Shown here piece after piece: positions 9,761 to 18,757 of a stretch of DNA of 64,000 nucleotides (within the stretch, counting starts at the first letter, position 1; every line of letters starts with the position of its first letter). The notes beneath the pieces are model-generated. The model was not told the DNA's origin. It did not search any database and saw only the letters and a program-made list of their open reading frames with translations. The DNA is from an uncultured Bacillota bacterium (lineage in GTDB: Bacteria; Sysuimicrobiota; Sysuimicrobiia; Sysuimicrobiales; Segetimicrobiaceae): contig CAWDRG010000008.1 in the NCBI GenBank assembly GCA_963804645.1, forward strand, positions 32,001 to 96,000, read 5' to 3'. The translations under genes and the position numbers were made by a program.

Positions 9761-9797
9761 CGACGAGCCCTCCCCGGAAACCGGGGAGGGCTCGTCG
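9761..9797. repeat. Perfect 17-bp inverted repeat downstream of rplT (hairpin, no U-tract)
   Basis: cgacgagccctccccgg-aaa-ccggggagggctcgtcg. Confidence 0.8.
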
Positions 9798-9815
9798 ACC
9801 ACCGCGCCGCCGTGA

Positions 9816-10169
9816 CTACTTCTCCGTCTCGACCCGCTTGACCAGCGCTTCGAACGCGTGGTTGTCGCGCACGGCCAGATCCGCAAGAATCTTCCGGTTG
9901 ACCCGAATCCCGGCCCGCCGCAGCCCGCAGATCAGACGGCTGTACGACGTCCCGTGCGTCCGCGCCGCCGCGTTGATGCGGGCGATCCACAGACGGCGGA
10001 AATCGCGCTTCCGTGCCCGCCGGTGCGCGTACGCCTGCGCCAGCGCACGCAGCACCGTCTGGTTCGCCATCTTGAACCAGCGGCTCTTCTTGCCCCAGTA
10101 GCCCTTGGCCAGCTTCAGCACCTTGCGGTGCCGATGCTTGGCCACCATACCTCGTTTGACGCGCGCCAT
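9816..10169 (-). CDS. rplT: 50S ribosomal protein L20
   Basis: [40 protein letters not shown]. Confidence 0.98.
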   Translation of the reverse strand: MARVKRGMVAKHRHRKVLKLAKGYWGKKSRWFKMANQTVLRALAQAYAHRRARKRDFRRLWIARINAAARTHGTSYSRLICGLRRAGIRVNRKILADLAVRDNHAFEALVKRVETEK

Positions 10170-10202
10170 CGAACGCCCCTCCTCTGCGCGAACTCGTGCG
10201 GA

Positions 10203-10400
10203 CTAGGAGTACGGCAGGAGCCGCTTGAGCCGCTTCGCGTCGCTCCCGACGATCTCTCGTGTCTGATGCAGCGAGCGCTTCCGCGACCCCCGCTTGTGCT
10301 CCATGAGATGCCCGCCCAACTGCCGGCCGCGGAGGAGCTTCCCGCTGCCGGTGACGCGCAGCCGTTTGGACGCCCCGCCGTGCGTTTTCAGCTTTGCCAT
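10203..10400 (-). CDS. rpmI: 50S ribosomal protein L35
   Basis: MAKLKTHGGASKRLRVTGSGK..LLPY; lies between infC and rplT. Confidence 0.95.
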   Translation of the reverse strand: MAKLKTHGGASKRLRVTGSGKLLRGRQLGGHLMEHKRGSRKRSLHQTREIVGSDAKRLKRLLPYS

Positions 10401-10464
10401 GTGTCCCCCTCCTCGCGCCCGCCGGACGGGATAGCCCGGAGGCGCCCCGACGCGACGTGCGCCG

Positions 10465-10992
10465 TCAGTTCTTCTTCGGCGCCATGATCATGATCATGTT
10501 GCGGCCTTCCATCAGCGGCTGGCGCTCCACGACCCCGACATCCAGCAGTTGACTGGCCATCCGCTTCAGAATCGACTCGCCGACCTGCGGATGCGCCATC
10601 TCGCGGCCGCGAAACCACATCGACACGCGGACCTTGTCGCCGTCCTTCAGAAACCCGCTGACCGCGCGGGTCTTGACCTGCAGGTCGTGCTCCCCGATCT
10701 TCGGGCTCAAGCGCATGCCCTTCAGTTCGGACGTCTTCGCCTTCTTGTGCGCGAGCCGCTCGCGCTTCGCCTGTTCGTACTTGTACTTCCCGAAGTCCAT
10801 GACGCGGCACACGGGAGGCGCCGCGGTGGGTGCCACCTCGACCAGGTCGACCCCCGCCTCCTGAGCCTTGGCCAGCGCGTCCTGCAGCGACAACACACCG
10901 AGTTGCTCGCCGGCGGCCCCGATCAGCCGGACCTCCTTGGCCCGGATGCGACTGTTGATCCGCGTTTCGCGCTCACGCTCGACAGGTGCGAT
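10465..10992 (-). CDS. infC: Translation initiation factor IF-3, probable AUC start
   Basis: RINSRIRAKEVRLI, DLVEVAP, PPVCRVMDFGKYKYE, FRGREMAH; frame is open only to a TGA at 11001-10999, with ATC at 10992. Confidence 0.95.
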   Translation of the reverse strand: MAPVERERETRINSRIRAKEVRLIGAAGEQLGVLSLQDALAKAQEAGVDLVEVAPTAAPPVCRVMDFGKYKYEQAKRERLAHKKAKTSELKGMRLSPKIGEHDLQVKTRAVSGFLKDGDKVRVSMWFRGREMAHPQVGESILKRMASQLLDVGVVERQPLMEGRNMIMIMAPKKN

Positions 10993-11019
10993 GGGTGTTC
11001 AGCCCCCTTTAATGGTCTC

Positions 11020-11143
11020 TCCCCAAATCAACGAGGGGATGGCAACGCCATCCCCTCCACGTCGATCGACCTCTCGGTGGACCTTACCGGCAACCGCGTC
11101 CGCACGCCGGCGCCGTAAGGTGAGAAGCGGATGGCTTCTACTT
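11020..11143 (-). ncRNA. L20 leader-like attenuator of infC-rpmI-rplT
   Basis: AGAAGCCATCCGCTTCTCACCT 5' hairpin; terminator GAGGGGATGGC-GTT-GCCATCCCCTC followed by GTTGATTT; GCCATCC can pair alternatively with GGATGGC. Confidence 0.75.
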
Positions 11144-11149
11144 GTGGCG

Positions 11150-11178
11150 ATTGTAGCACAGGTGCACCCCGGAATCAA
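11150..11178 (-). promoter_or_regulatory. Sigma70-type promoter of infC operon
   Basis: TTGATT-N17-TACAAT with extended -10 TG. Confidence 0.65.
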
Positions 11179-13446
11179 TCAACGAATCCCGCGCTCCCCG
11201 GCCCCGGTCGGGTACCAGGGCAGCACCCGAGCCACCACGAGAGCCTGATCGTCCTTCGGCCCGGCCACGCCCCATTCCCCGACCGCGCGCATGATGCGGT
11301 CGGCGATGTCCTGCGGTGGGGCCTCCCGGCCTGCGACGAGCAGCGGGCCGAGCCGCTCCTCGCCAAACTCCTCACCGTCGGCGTTGCGCGCCTCGGTGAT
11401 CCCGTCGGTGAACAGCAGCAGGAGATCGCCCGGGTGCACCGTCAACTCGGTCGCCGCATACCGCGCGTCGGGGCTCACGCCGAGCAGGAGGCCCCGGGCG
11501 TCGAGCGGACGCGGGTCCGATGCGCCGTGACGCAGCAGCAGCGGCGCCGGATGCCCGGCGCAGGTGCAGCGCAGCGTGCCCGCCGCGGCGTCCACGACGG
11601 CGTAGAACAGCGTCACGAACAGCGCCGAGGCCGCGTCTTGGGTGAGCACGGCGTTCATCCGGGCGAGCACCGTTTCGGGCGGCCGCCCGTCGAGCGCGAA
11701 CGCTTCGAGCAGATAGCGGCCCCGCGCGGAGAGCGCAGCCGCCGGAATGCCTTTGCCCGTGACGTCCGCGATCGCCAGGCCCACCTGCCCGCGGGCGAGC
11801 GGAAAAATCGCGTAGAAGTCGCCGCCGACCTCGCGGCTCGGCAGGTACCGGCCGGCGGCGATGACGCCCGGGAGCTCTACGCTCGACGTCGGCACGAGGG
11901 CCTGTTGAATGACGCCCGCGATCTCCTGCTGCCGCTCGTAGGCCCGCGCGTTGTCGACCGCGAGCGCGACCCGGTCCGCGAACGCCTCGAGCAGTCCGAT
12001 CTCCCGCGCGCGGAACTCGCGCGGCAGCCGGGACAGCACCAGGATCACCCCGATCACCCGCCCGCCGACCCGCAGCGGCACGCCCAGCGCGGCCCGCACG
12101 CCGTCGGCCAGCAGCCCCGGATCGATCACCCGCAGCGCGTCCGGCCCCGACAAGGCGAGCGGCCGTCCCCCATCCGCGACGCGGCCGGCAAGCCCGGCCC
12201 CGGGCTCGCGGCCGGCGTCGGACGCCGATCCACCGCCTACGCCGACCGGCACGCCGAGGCGCCCGGTCGTCTCATCGATGAACCACACCGTCCCCCCGTC
12301 CGCCCCGAGCGCGGCCGCGATCTGCTGCACGAGGGTGGGGAGCAGATCGTCCAGCCGGACCGTCGACAGCGCCGCATCGCTGACGGCCTGCAGCGCGTTC
12401 ATCTCGCTCATCGATCGCCCAAGACGCTCGCTCATCTCGTCGAACGCGGCACCGAGCTCCCCCAACTCATCCTGCCGGCGCAGCGCTACGCGGTACTCAG
12501 TCTCACCCCGGCCGAGCGCGCGCGCGCCACGGGCAAGCGCGAGGATCGGGGCGCTCAACCCGCCGCCAAGCGTCCAGGCCAGGCCGAGACCGCACAGCAC
12601 GGCGCCGAGGAACCACGCGAGCTCCGCCTGCGCGGCGCGCTGGACCGGCTGTAGCGCCACCGCCTCCGGCTCAAGCACGATCGCGGCCCAGCCAAGGGTC
12701 GGGATCGGCGCCGCCGCCCCGAGCTCAGCGACACCGGTCCGAGGATCCGCGTATCCCGTGATCGGCACCACCTGACCGGCCAATGCGGCTCGCACGGCCG
12801 GCAGCGAGCGCAGCGACGAGGACGGCCGATCTCCGCGGCGCAGATCGAGGACGGTGCGACCGGCACCGTCGACGATCATGCCGTCCATCTCGGGGGCAAC
12901 GTCGGTGGCCATCTCGGGTCGCACCGCCTCAAGATTGACGACCCCGTCCACGACCGCGGTAAGGCGTCCCGCCACGCTGATGCGCGAAGCGACCTCCAGA
13001 CTCGACCGCCCCGTGACCGTGACGATCCCGCGGGCCGCCCACGGCGCATCGACCCTGGCAGCGTCGAACGCGGGGCGCTCCATCAGGTTCGCGCGCGGGT
13101 CGCCTGCGGGATCCGACGCTTCGACGTGGCCGTCTGGTCTCGCCAGACCGAGCCAGAGAAACGACGGGTCGTTCGCCCGGATCGTGCCGAAGAGGTGCGT
13201 GATGCCGGCAAGGGGGTAGGGTTGGCTCTCCACCGCCGACCCCGCCGCAAGCTCGGCGTGGGCGATGTTCGCGACGAACATCTCGACGTCCGCCGCCACC
13301 GCCTGCGCCGCGTCCTCCTGAGCGTGCAGCACGGCGTCCCGGCGCTCACGATCTTGGTCCGCGTACAGGCGGACCCCAGCGATCAACACCGGGACCATGC
13401 ACACGAGGATCACGCACGCAACTTTCTCGCGAATGCCGAACCGCAT
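11179..13446 (-). CDS. Membrane sensor PP2C/SpoIIE phosphatase (Cache-like, HAMP, GAF, SpoIIE; RsbU-like)
   Basis: Two TMs, DELGELGAAFDEM HAMP, GAF LGVPLRVGGRVIGV, VGGDFY, ADVTGKG, FTDGITEA, DDQAL. Confidence 0.9.
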   Translation of the reverse strand: MRFGIREKVACVILVCMVPVLIAGVRLYADQDRERRDAVLHAQEDAAQAVAADVEMFVANIAHAELAAGSAVESQPYPLAGITHLFGTIRANDPSFLWLGLARPDGHVEASDPAGDPRANLMERPAFDAARVDAPWAARGIVTVTGRSSLEVASRISVAGRLTAVVDGVVNLEAVRPEMATDVAPEMDGMIVDGAGRTVLDLRRGDRPSSSLRSLPAVRAALAGQVVPITGYADPRTGVAELGAAAPIPTLGWAAIVLEPEAVALQPVQRAAQAELAWFLGAVLCGLGLAWTLGGGLSAPILALARGARALGRGETEYRVALRRQDELGELGAAFDEMSERLGRSMSEMNALQAVSDAALSTVRLDDLLPTLVQQIAAALGADGGTVWFIDETTGRLGVPVGVGGGSASDAGREPGAGLAGRVADGGRPLALSGPDALRVIDPGLLADGVRAALGVPLRVGGRVIGVILVLSRLPREFRAREIGLLEAFADRVALAVDNARAYERQQEIAGVIQQALVPTSSVELPGVIAAGRYLPSREVGGDFYAIFPLARGQVGLAIADVTGKGIPAAALSARGRYLLEAFALDGRPPETVLARMNAVLTQDAASALFVTLFYAVVDAAAGTLRCTCAGHPAPLLLRHGASDPRPLDARGLLLGVSPDARYAATELTVHPGDLLLLFTDGITEARNADGEEFGEERLGPLLVAGREAPPQDIADRIMRAVGEWGVAGPKDDQALVVARVLPWYPTGAGERGIR

Positions 13447-13526
13447 CGTTCTCCCCGCCCGGACGCCGCGCCCGTCGGCGGAAGGCGCGGGATGCCCGCG
13501 ACTCAGCGGCGACGCCGCGCGCGGCC

Positions 13527-13889
13527 TCAGGATTGACGCGGCGCGCGCGACCGGACCCGCGCGAGCGCCTCGGACTCCGTCGCGGACAGCGAAAAGACCT
13601 GATCCAATCCCGTGATCGTGAACAGCTTGGCGATCTTGGCCTCGGTGGACACGAGCGCCAGTTCTCCATCCCGCTCGCGCACGCGCTTCAGCGCGGCCGT
13701 CAGCACGCGCAGCCCGGTGCTGTCCATGTAGGTCGTGCGTGCGAGATTGACGACCACCAGCGGTGGCGCGCCCGTGGCCCCCCGCGTCAGGGCGTCTTCC
13801 AACCGTGGCGCCGTGTACAGGTCCACTTCGCCCGCCACGTCGACCACCGTGACCGTCCCCTCACTCCGAACCCCGACTTCGAAATCCAT
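13527..13889 (-). CDS. STAS-domain anti-sigma-factor antagonist (RsbV-like)
   Basis: GEVDLYTAPRL, YMDSTGL phospho-Ser motif, ITGLDQVF. Confidence 0.92.
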   Translation of the reverse strand: MDFEVGVRSEGTVTVVDVAGEVDLYTAPRLEDALTRGATGAPPLVVVNLARTTYMDSTGLRVLTAALKRVRERDGELALVSTEAKIAKLFTITGLDQVFSLSATESEALARVRSRAPRQS

Positions 13890-13920
13890 CCCGATCCCTC
13901 CCGGCGCGCGGCGATTGCCG

Positions 13921-14202
13921 TCAATCGACCGTGCCGACGGCCGTGGCGGCCTGATACAGCGCGATCCCCTTGTTCGCCACCGCGGATGCCACGAAACCCA
14001 ATACGATCAAGAATCCGACCTTGATTCCGGCGACGAGCATGCTGTCGCCGACCGAACGCCCGGACACGGCCGACGCGAGCGCCCCCGAGGACACAAACTC
14101 CACGTACGCCCAATAAAAGACGAGCAGCAGCAGCACCACGCCGAGCACAAACACGCCCAGTCCTGCACCCCGCCCGAGCCCGTCCCGTCCGACCCGCGCC
14201 AT
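13921..14202 (-). CDS. Small hypothetical membrane protein (2 TM)
   Basis: GAGGGG RBS, two hydrophobic helices, fills the gap between mtnP and the STAS gene. Confidence 0.6.
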   Translation of the reverse strand: MARVGRDGLGRGAGLGVFVLGVVLLLLVFYWAYVEFVSSGALASAVSGRSVGDSMLVAGIKVGFLIVLGFVASAVANKGIALYQAATAVGTVD

Positions 14203-14216
14203 TCGACCCCCCTCGG

Positions 14217-15017
14217 CTACTCCAGCCTCGCGTGCGCCAACGCCGTCTGACACGAACACGCCCGCGTACGCGGGAGGCGTTCGATCATCGCGAAAAGGAG
14301 GCGCCGGAGCTTCTCGTTGTTCTCCTGAAAGACTTTGAGCACGGCCTCGTGCGTCACCGGCGCCGCCGTCGGATCGCCGACGACCCCGACGTCATAATCG
14401 GTGATCAGCGAAATGTTCACGTAGCACAGCTCCAGTTCCCGTGCCAGGATGCCTTCAGGGTAGTTGGTCATGTTGATGACCTCCCACCCCTGGCCGCTGA
14501 ACCACCGGCTCTCCGACCGGGTGCTGAACCGCGGCCCCTGAATGACCACCACGGTGCCGCGATCGTGCACCGTGATGCCGAGCGCCCGCGCGGTCTCCGC
14601 CGCCAACCCCCGCAGCGTCGGGCAGTACGGATCCGCCGCCGACACGTGGGTGACGATCGGCCCGTCGTAGAACGTGTCCGCCCGCCCCCAGGTACGGTCC
14701 ACGAACTGGTCGCAGATGACGAACTCGCCCGGCCGAACGTGCGGCTGCAGGCTGCCGGCGGCGCAGGGGCCGAACACCCATTCCACCCCCAACGACTTCA
14801 TGGCCCATACGTTCGCGCGGTAGTTGATCTTGGCAGGGGGGAGGCGGTGCGTCCGGCCGTGCCGCGGGAGAAATGCCACAGATCGACCGCCGATCTCGGC
14901 GATCGTGACCGCGTCGCTCGGCTCGCCGTACGGGGTGTCGATCTTGTGCTCTCGCGCACCCTCCAGCAGCGAATAGAACCCAGACCCCCCGAACACCCCA
15001 ATCTCTGCGTGCGCCAC
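14217..15017 (-). CDS. mtnP: S-methyl-5'-thioadenosine phosphorylase
   Basis: IGVFGGSG, FLPRHGR, NYRANVWA, DQFVDRT, GPRFSTRSES, INMT, TDYD; AAGGAGG RBS. Confidence 0.92.
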   Translation of the reverse strand: MAHAEIGVFGGSGFYSLLEGAREHKIDTPYGEPSDAVTIAEIGGRSVAFLPRHGRTHRLPPAKINYRANVWAMKSLGVEWVFGPCAAGSLQPHVRPGEFVICDQFVDRTWGRADTFYDGPIVTHVSAADPYCPTLRGLAAETARALGITVHDRGTVVVIQGPRFSTRSESRWFSGQGWEVINMTNYPEGILARELELCYVNISLITDYDVGVVGDPTAAPVTHEAVLKVFQENNEKLRRLLFAMIERLPRTRACSCQTALAHARLE

Positions 15018-15039
15018 CCGTCTCCTCCTTACCCCATGA

Positions 15040-16041
15040 TCACGAGTGCCGAAACGCGTCCGGGGCGCCCGGCCCGGATCGGCCGGCCAGAATCCCCGCC
15101 AGGACCTGGGAATCGATGTTTGCCCCCGAGACAATGCAGACGACCGTCCCGGTGCCCGCGCGGCCGTCGAGCGCGGCCGCCACGGAGGCCGCCCCCGCTC
15201 CCTCGGCGACGATGCCGTTCCGCTCCGCCAGCAGGCGCACCGCCGCCGCCACCTGGTCCACGGACATCACCGCTGAGCCGGCGAGCAGCACCCGCGCGAG
15301 CTCCCACATCTCCGGCAGCACCCGCGGCGCCCCAATGCCGTCGACGAACGACGGCACGTACTCGACGTCGGTCGGGCGGCCGGCCGCCAGCGAGGCCGCC
15401 AGCGGCGCGGCGGTGGCCACCTCCGCAGCCATCACCGCGACGCGCGGCGCGAGGGCGCGCAGCGCCGAGGCGATCCCGCAGGCCAGCCCCCCGCCCCCGA
15501 AGGGCACGAGCACCGCGTCGAGATCGGGCAGGTCCTCGACGATCTCGATTCCGATTGTACCGTTCCCCGCCATGACCGCGCGATCGCTAAAAGGATGGAT
15601 GAACAACCCCCGCATCCCTTCGAACCGCCTGGTCTGGAACACCTCAAACCATTGGGCCGGCGGGACCTTGACCACCGTTCCCCCGAGCCGCTGGATCGCC
15701 CGGACCTTCGTCTCCGGAATGTGGTCGGGAACGACCACGCTGCACGACAGGCCCCGGTCCCGCGCGTACCACGCGACCGCCTGGGCCATGTTCCCGGCGC
15801 TCGCGGTCCACACGCCGTGCGCGAGTTGACCCGGGGACGCGACCGCGATCGCATTGCCCGCGCCCCGCAGCTTGAACGAGCCGATCGCCTGCAGGCTCTC
15901 CAGTTTGAGGTAGATCCTGGCCGGCGCTCCGTCGGCGCGCAGCGGCACTAGCGGTGTCCGGATCACGCTCCCGGCGATGCGCCCGTGTGCCGCGCGAATC
16001 TCGTCCAGCGGGATCGGGCCCGGCGCGGTTGATCGGCTCAC
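15040..16041 (-). CDS. PLP-dependent threonine/serine dehydratase family protein (no ACT domain)
   Basis: LKLESLQAIGSFKLRG, SAGNMAQ, HPF, PFGGGGL, SGANID; start codon uncertain. Confidence 0.88.
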   Translation of the reverse strand: MSRSTAPGPIPLDEIRAAHGRIAGSVIRTPLVPLRADGAPARIYLKLESLQAIGSFKLRGAGNAIAVASPGQLAHGVWTASAGNMAQAVAWYARDRGLSCSVVVPDHIPETKVRAIQRLGGTVVKVPPAQWFEVFQTRRFEGMRGLFIHPFSDRAVMAGNGTIGIEIVEDLPDLDAVLVPFGGGGLACGIASALRALAPRVAVMAAEVATAAPLAASLAAGRPTDVEYVPSFVDGIGAPRVLPEMWELARVLLAGSAVMSVDQVAAAVRLLAERNGIVAEGAGAASVAAALDGRAGTGTVVCIVSGANIDSQVLAGILAGRSGPGAPDAFRHS

Positions 16042-16380
16042 GTTGCGGGACTCCCGAGGCAGCGCCCGAGACGGGCGGGACATGCCCCCATTCACTGCGA
16101 TGATACCATCCGGCACGCGCAACCGCGAGGCGGGTGACCGCCGCCGCGTGGGTGCATGTCGGACCGCGGGCGTGGTGCGCCATCGCGGCGCCTCACGGGG
16201 CGCGTATCACCGGACACACCCCGCAGGGACCCTCCCAACGGCGATGCGACGTGCCGGTCTTCTTCGGACGGGGACCGTCGACCGAGGCGGCCGACGAGGA
16301 CCGGCTGTTCGAGATGAAGAAGATACCATGTATCGTCTCCAGCCCGCCTCGCCCCATTCAGCCGCACCGGGAGGTGTCCG

Positions 16381-17565
16381 ATGCCCGCTCGATATACCCT
16401 CTACGAAGAGCCGCGCGCGTTCCGCACGCCCAGCCGGGTGTGGTACGGCGCGGGCGCCGCCGCGCGGACCGGAGCCTGCGCGCAGGAACTGGGGATCCCG
16501 GCCGGCCCGACGCTGCTTGTCACCGACGCGGTCGTCGACAAGCTCGGCCTGGCCCGGGAGGCGGCCGCGGGCCTCGAGGCCGCGGGGTACACGCTCAGCC
16601 GGTTCTCCGATATTCCCGGTGAGCCGACCGCCGAGGTCGCGGACCGGGCCGCGGCGGTGGCGCGCCAACTGGCGCCCGTGCTCGTCGTGGGCGTGGGCGG
16701 CGGCAGCGTGATGGATGTCGCGAAGCTCGCCGCGGCGCTCGTCGGCAATCCGGGCGGCGTGATGGAGTACACCAACTTCGGCGACAAGCGGTTCGCGCGG
16801 CCGGCCGTCCCGGTGATCCTCGTGCCGACCACCGCCGGCACCGGCGCGGAGGCCAGCCCGAACGCCGTCGTCACGAGCGGGCACCGCAAGGCGTTCGCCA
16901 ACAACTACCCGCAGCTGCTCGCCGCAGCCGCCGTCCTCGATCCGCGCCTGACGGCGTCGCTGCCGCCGGTCGTGACCGCGCACACGGGGCTCGACGCGCT
17001 GAGCCACTGCGTCGAGGGCATGCTGTCGACGAACGCGACCGCGCTGACGGACCTCGCCGCCACCCAGGGCATCGGGCTGATCACCCGCGCGCTCCCGCGG
17101 GCCTACGCGGCGGGGAACGACGCGCACGCCCGCGCCGAGATGCTGCTCGGCGCGTATCTCGGCGGCCAGTCGCTGAACGCCGGCATGGTGCTCGGCCACT
17201 CGATCGCGTACACGATTGCGAATCGCCTCCACCTGCCCCACGGGTTCTCGTGCGCGCTCGCGCTGCCGTACACGGTCGCCTACAACCGCGACGCCGCGCA
17301 GGAACGGCTGGGAAAAATCGGCGAGGCGGCCGGGATCGACGGCGGCCGCGTCGTGCAGCGGATCCAGTCGCTGGGGCAGGACGTCGGCATTCCGGAGGCG
17401 CTTCGCACGCTCGGCCTGGAGCGGGACCGGCTCCCCGAGATGGTCACCGAGTGCCTCGAACTGTACCCGCGCCCCAACAATCCGCGGCCGCTCGAACGCG
17501 ACGCGCTGTTGTCGCTCTACCAGGCGATGTGGGAAGGCCGACCGGCGGACGCGTGGACCGCGTGA
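16381..17565 (+). CDS. Iron-containing alcohol dehydrogenase
   Basis: GGGSVMDVAK, PTTAGTGAE, GLDALSHCVE, GHSIAY, PHG; GGAGG RBS. Confidence 0.92.
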   Translation: MPARYTLYEEPRAFRTPSRVWYGAGAAARTGACAQELGIPAGPTLLVTDAVVDKLGLAREAAAGLEAAGYTLSRFSDIPGEPTAEVADRAAAVARQLAPVLVVGVGGGSVMDVAKLAAALVGNPGGVMEYTNFGDKRFARPAVPVILVPTTAGTGAEASPNAVVTSGHRKAFANNYPQLLAAAAVLDPRLTASLPPVVTAHTGLDALSHCVEGMLSTNATALTDLAATQGIGLITRALPRAYAAGNDAHARAEMLLGAYLGGQSLNAGMVLGHSIAYTIANRLHLPHGFSCALALPYTVAYNRDAAQERLGKIGEAAGIDGGRVVQRIQSLGQDVGIPEALRTLGLERDRLPEMVTECLELYPRPNNPRPLERDALLSLYQAMWEGRPADAWTA

Positions 17566-18215
17566 GCCGTGCCGCCGATCCGCGCGCGGTCCTGTTCGAT
17601 CTCGACGGCACGCTGCTCGACAGCGCCGAGCTGATCATCACCGCGTTTCAGGAGACGTGCCGGCACCTCCTCCACCGCGAGGTCGACCGCGAGACGATCC
17701 TCCGCGAGTGGGCCCGGCCGATCCGCGAGCGGTTCCACGCGCTGGCGCCCGATCGGGACGAAGCGCTGTCGCAGGAATATCTGCGGCGGTATCTCGCGCT
17801 GCACAGCCAGCGGGCGCGGCTGTTCCCGGGCGTGACCGACGTGCTCGAGGCGCTGCGCGCGCGCGGCTACCCGATGGCGATCGTCACGTCGAAGCGCCGG
17901 GCGACGACCCAAGCCGCCCTCGACGCGTTTCACCTCGACCGGTGGTGCTCCGTGGTGATCGCCGACGAGGACGTGACGCGACACAAGCCGGATCCCGAAC
18001 CGGTCCGCCTGGCGTCCGAGCGCCTCGGCGTGCGGCCGGAAAACGCCCTGATGGTCGGCGACACGCCGCTCGACATCACGTCGGGCCGCACCGCGGACGC
18101 GAGCACGGCCGCCGCGCTGTGGGGGACGGTCGACGCGGCGGCGCTGCGCGCCGCGGCACCCGACCACGAGCTCGCGCATCCCGCGGACCTGCTGCCGCTC
18201 TGTCCGCCGCGGTAG
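17562..18215 (+). CDS. HAD-IA family hydrolase (PpaX/Gph-like)
   Basis: FDLDGTLLDS, IVTSK, KPDPEP, MVGDTPLDI; GTGA overlap with upstream gene. Confidence 0.9.
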   Translation: MSRAADPRAVLFDLDGTLLDSAELIITAFQETCRHLLHREVDRETILREWARPIRERFHALAPDRDEALSQEYLRRYLALHSQRARLFPGVTDVLEALRARGYPMAIVTSKRRATTQAALDAFHLDRWCSVVIADEDVTRHKPDPEPVRLASERLGVRPENALMVGDTPLDITSGRTADASTAAALWGTVDAAALRAAAPDHELAHPADLLPLCPPR

Positions 18216-18239
18216 CCGCGGGGCGGCGGCGCGGGGACG

Positions 18240-18757
18240 TCAGCGCGCCGGACCGAAGACGTCGATCCGGACGATGGGCCACCCATCCGGACCGCCCGAC
18301 CTCGGCCCCAGGTAGACTGCGATGCCGCTCCGGTCGTAGACCCACGCCGTCTACGCCGGCGCGGTCACCGACCGTGTCGGCGGACCCATCGTAAGCCGCA
18401 CGGCTCGACCGATCGCGCCGACCCGCAGCGCATTCACCAGTGAATAGTCCGCGCTCCCGACGATGCCCACCGCGTACCCGCGGCCGTCCGGCCCGACCAA
18501 ACCGCGTCACGCCGTTGCGCCAGAGGGACTGGACGGATTCCGGCGGCGCGGCGATGACGGTCGGCGCGGCCACGCGCCGATGCGAGACCGGCGGCCTGAA
18601 CATCGTCGCCGCCGCCTGATCGACCGTCATGCCGAGCGACACGCCCCCGATCGCATACCCGGGCGTGATCCGAAAGTCCGTGACTTCCTGCGCGCCCGCC
18701 GGGACCGCCGGCAGGACCGCGAGCAGCAGGAGCGCCGCCGCCCGTCCACCGCGTCAC
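18240..18757 (-). pseudogene. Disrupted secreted protein at end of MoxR/VWA operon
   Basis: Signal peptide-like AAALLLLAVLPAVPAGAQ then ITPGYAIGGVSLGMT; frame switch near 18500; in-frame TAG at 18353-18351; continues TAWVYDRSGIAVYL..VRIDVF to TGA at 18240. Confidence 0.55.

Noticed and set aside
11011..11013. ATT as the infC start
   Set aside because: An in-frame TGA follows four codons later (11001-10999).
16092..16380. Small ORFs or RNA between the divergent dehydratase and ADH genes; GATACCAT occurs twice
   Set aside because: No convincing RBS, family or structure; the repeats can be read as -10-like elements.
18351..18353. Pyrrolysine at the in-frame TAG
   Set aside because: The same gene has frameshifts and no pyl genes are in view; decay or error is simpler.
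18754..18756. Selenocysteine or readthrough at the VWA gene TGA, since the downstream frame stays open
   Set aside because: Downstream sequence looks like a separate signal peptide; no redox motif or evident SECIS.
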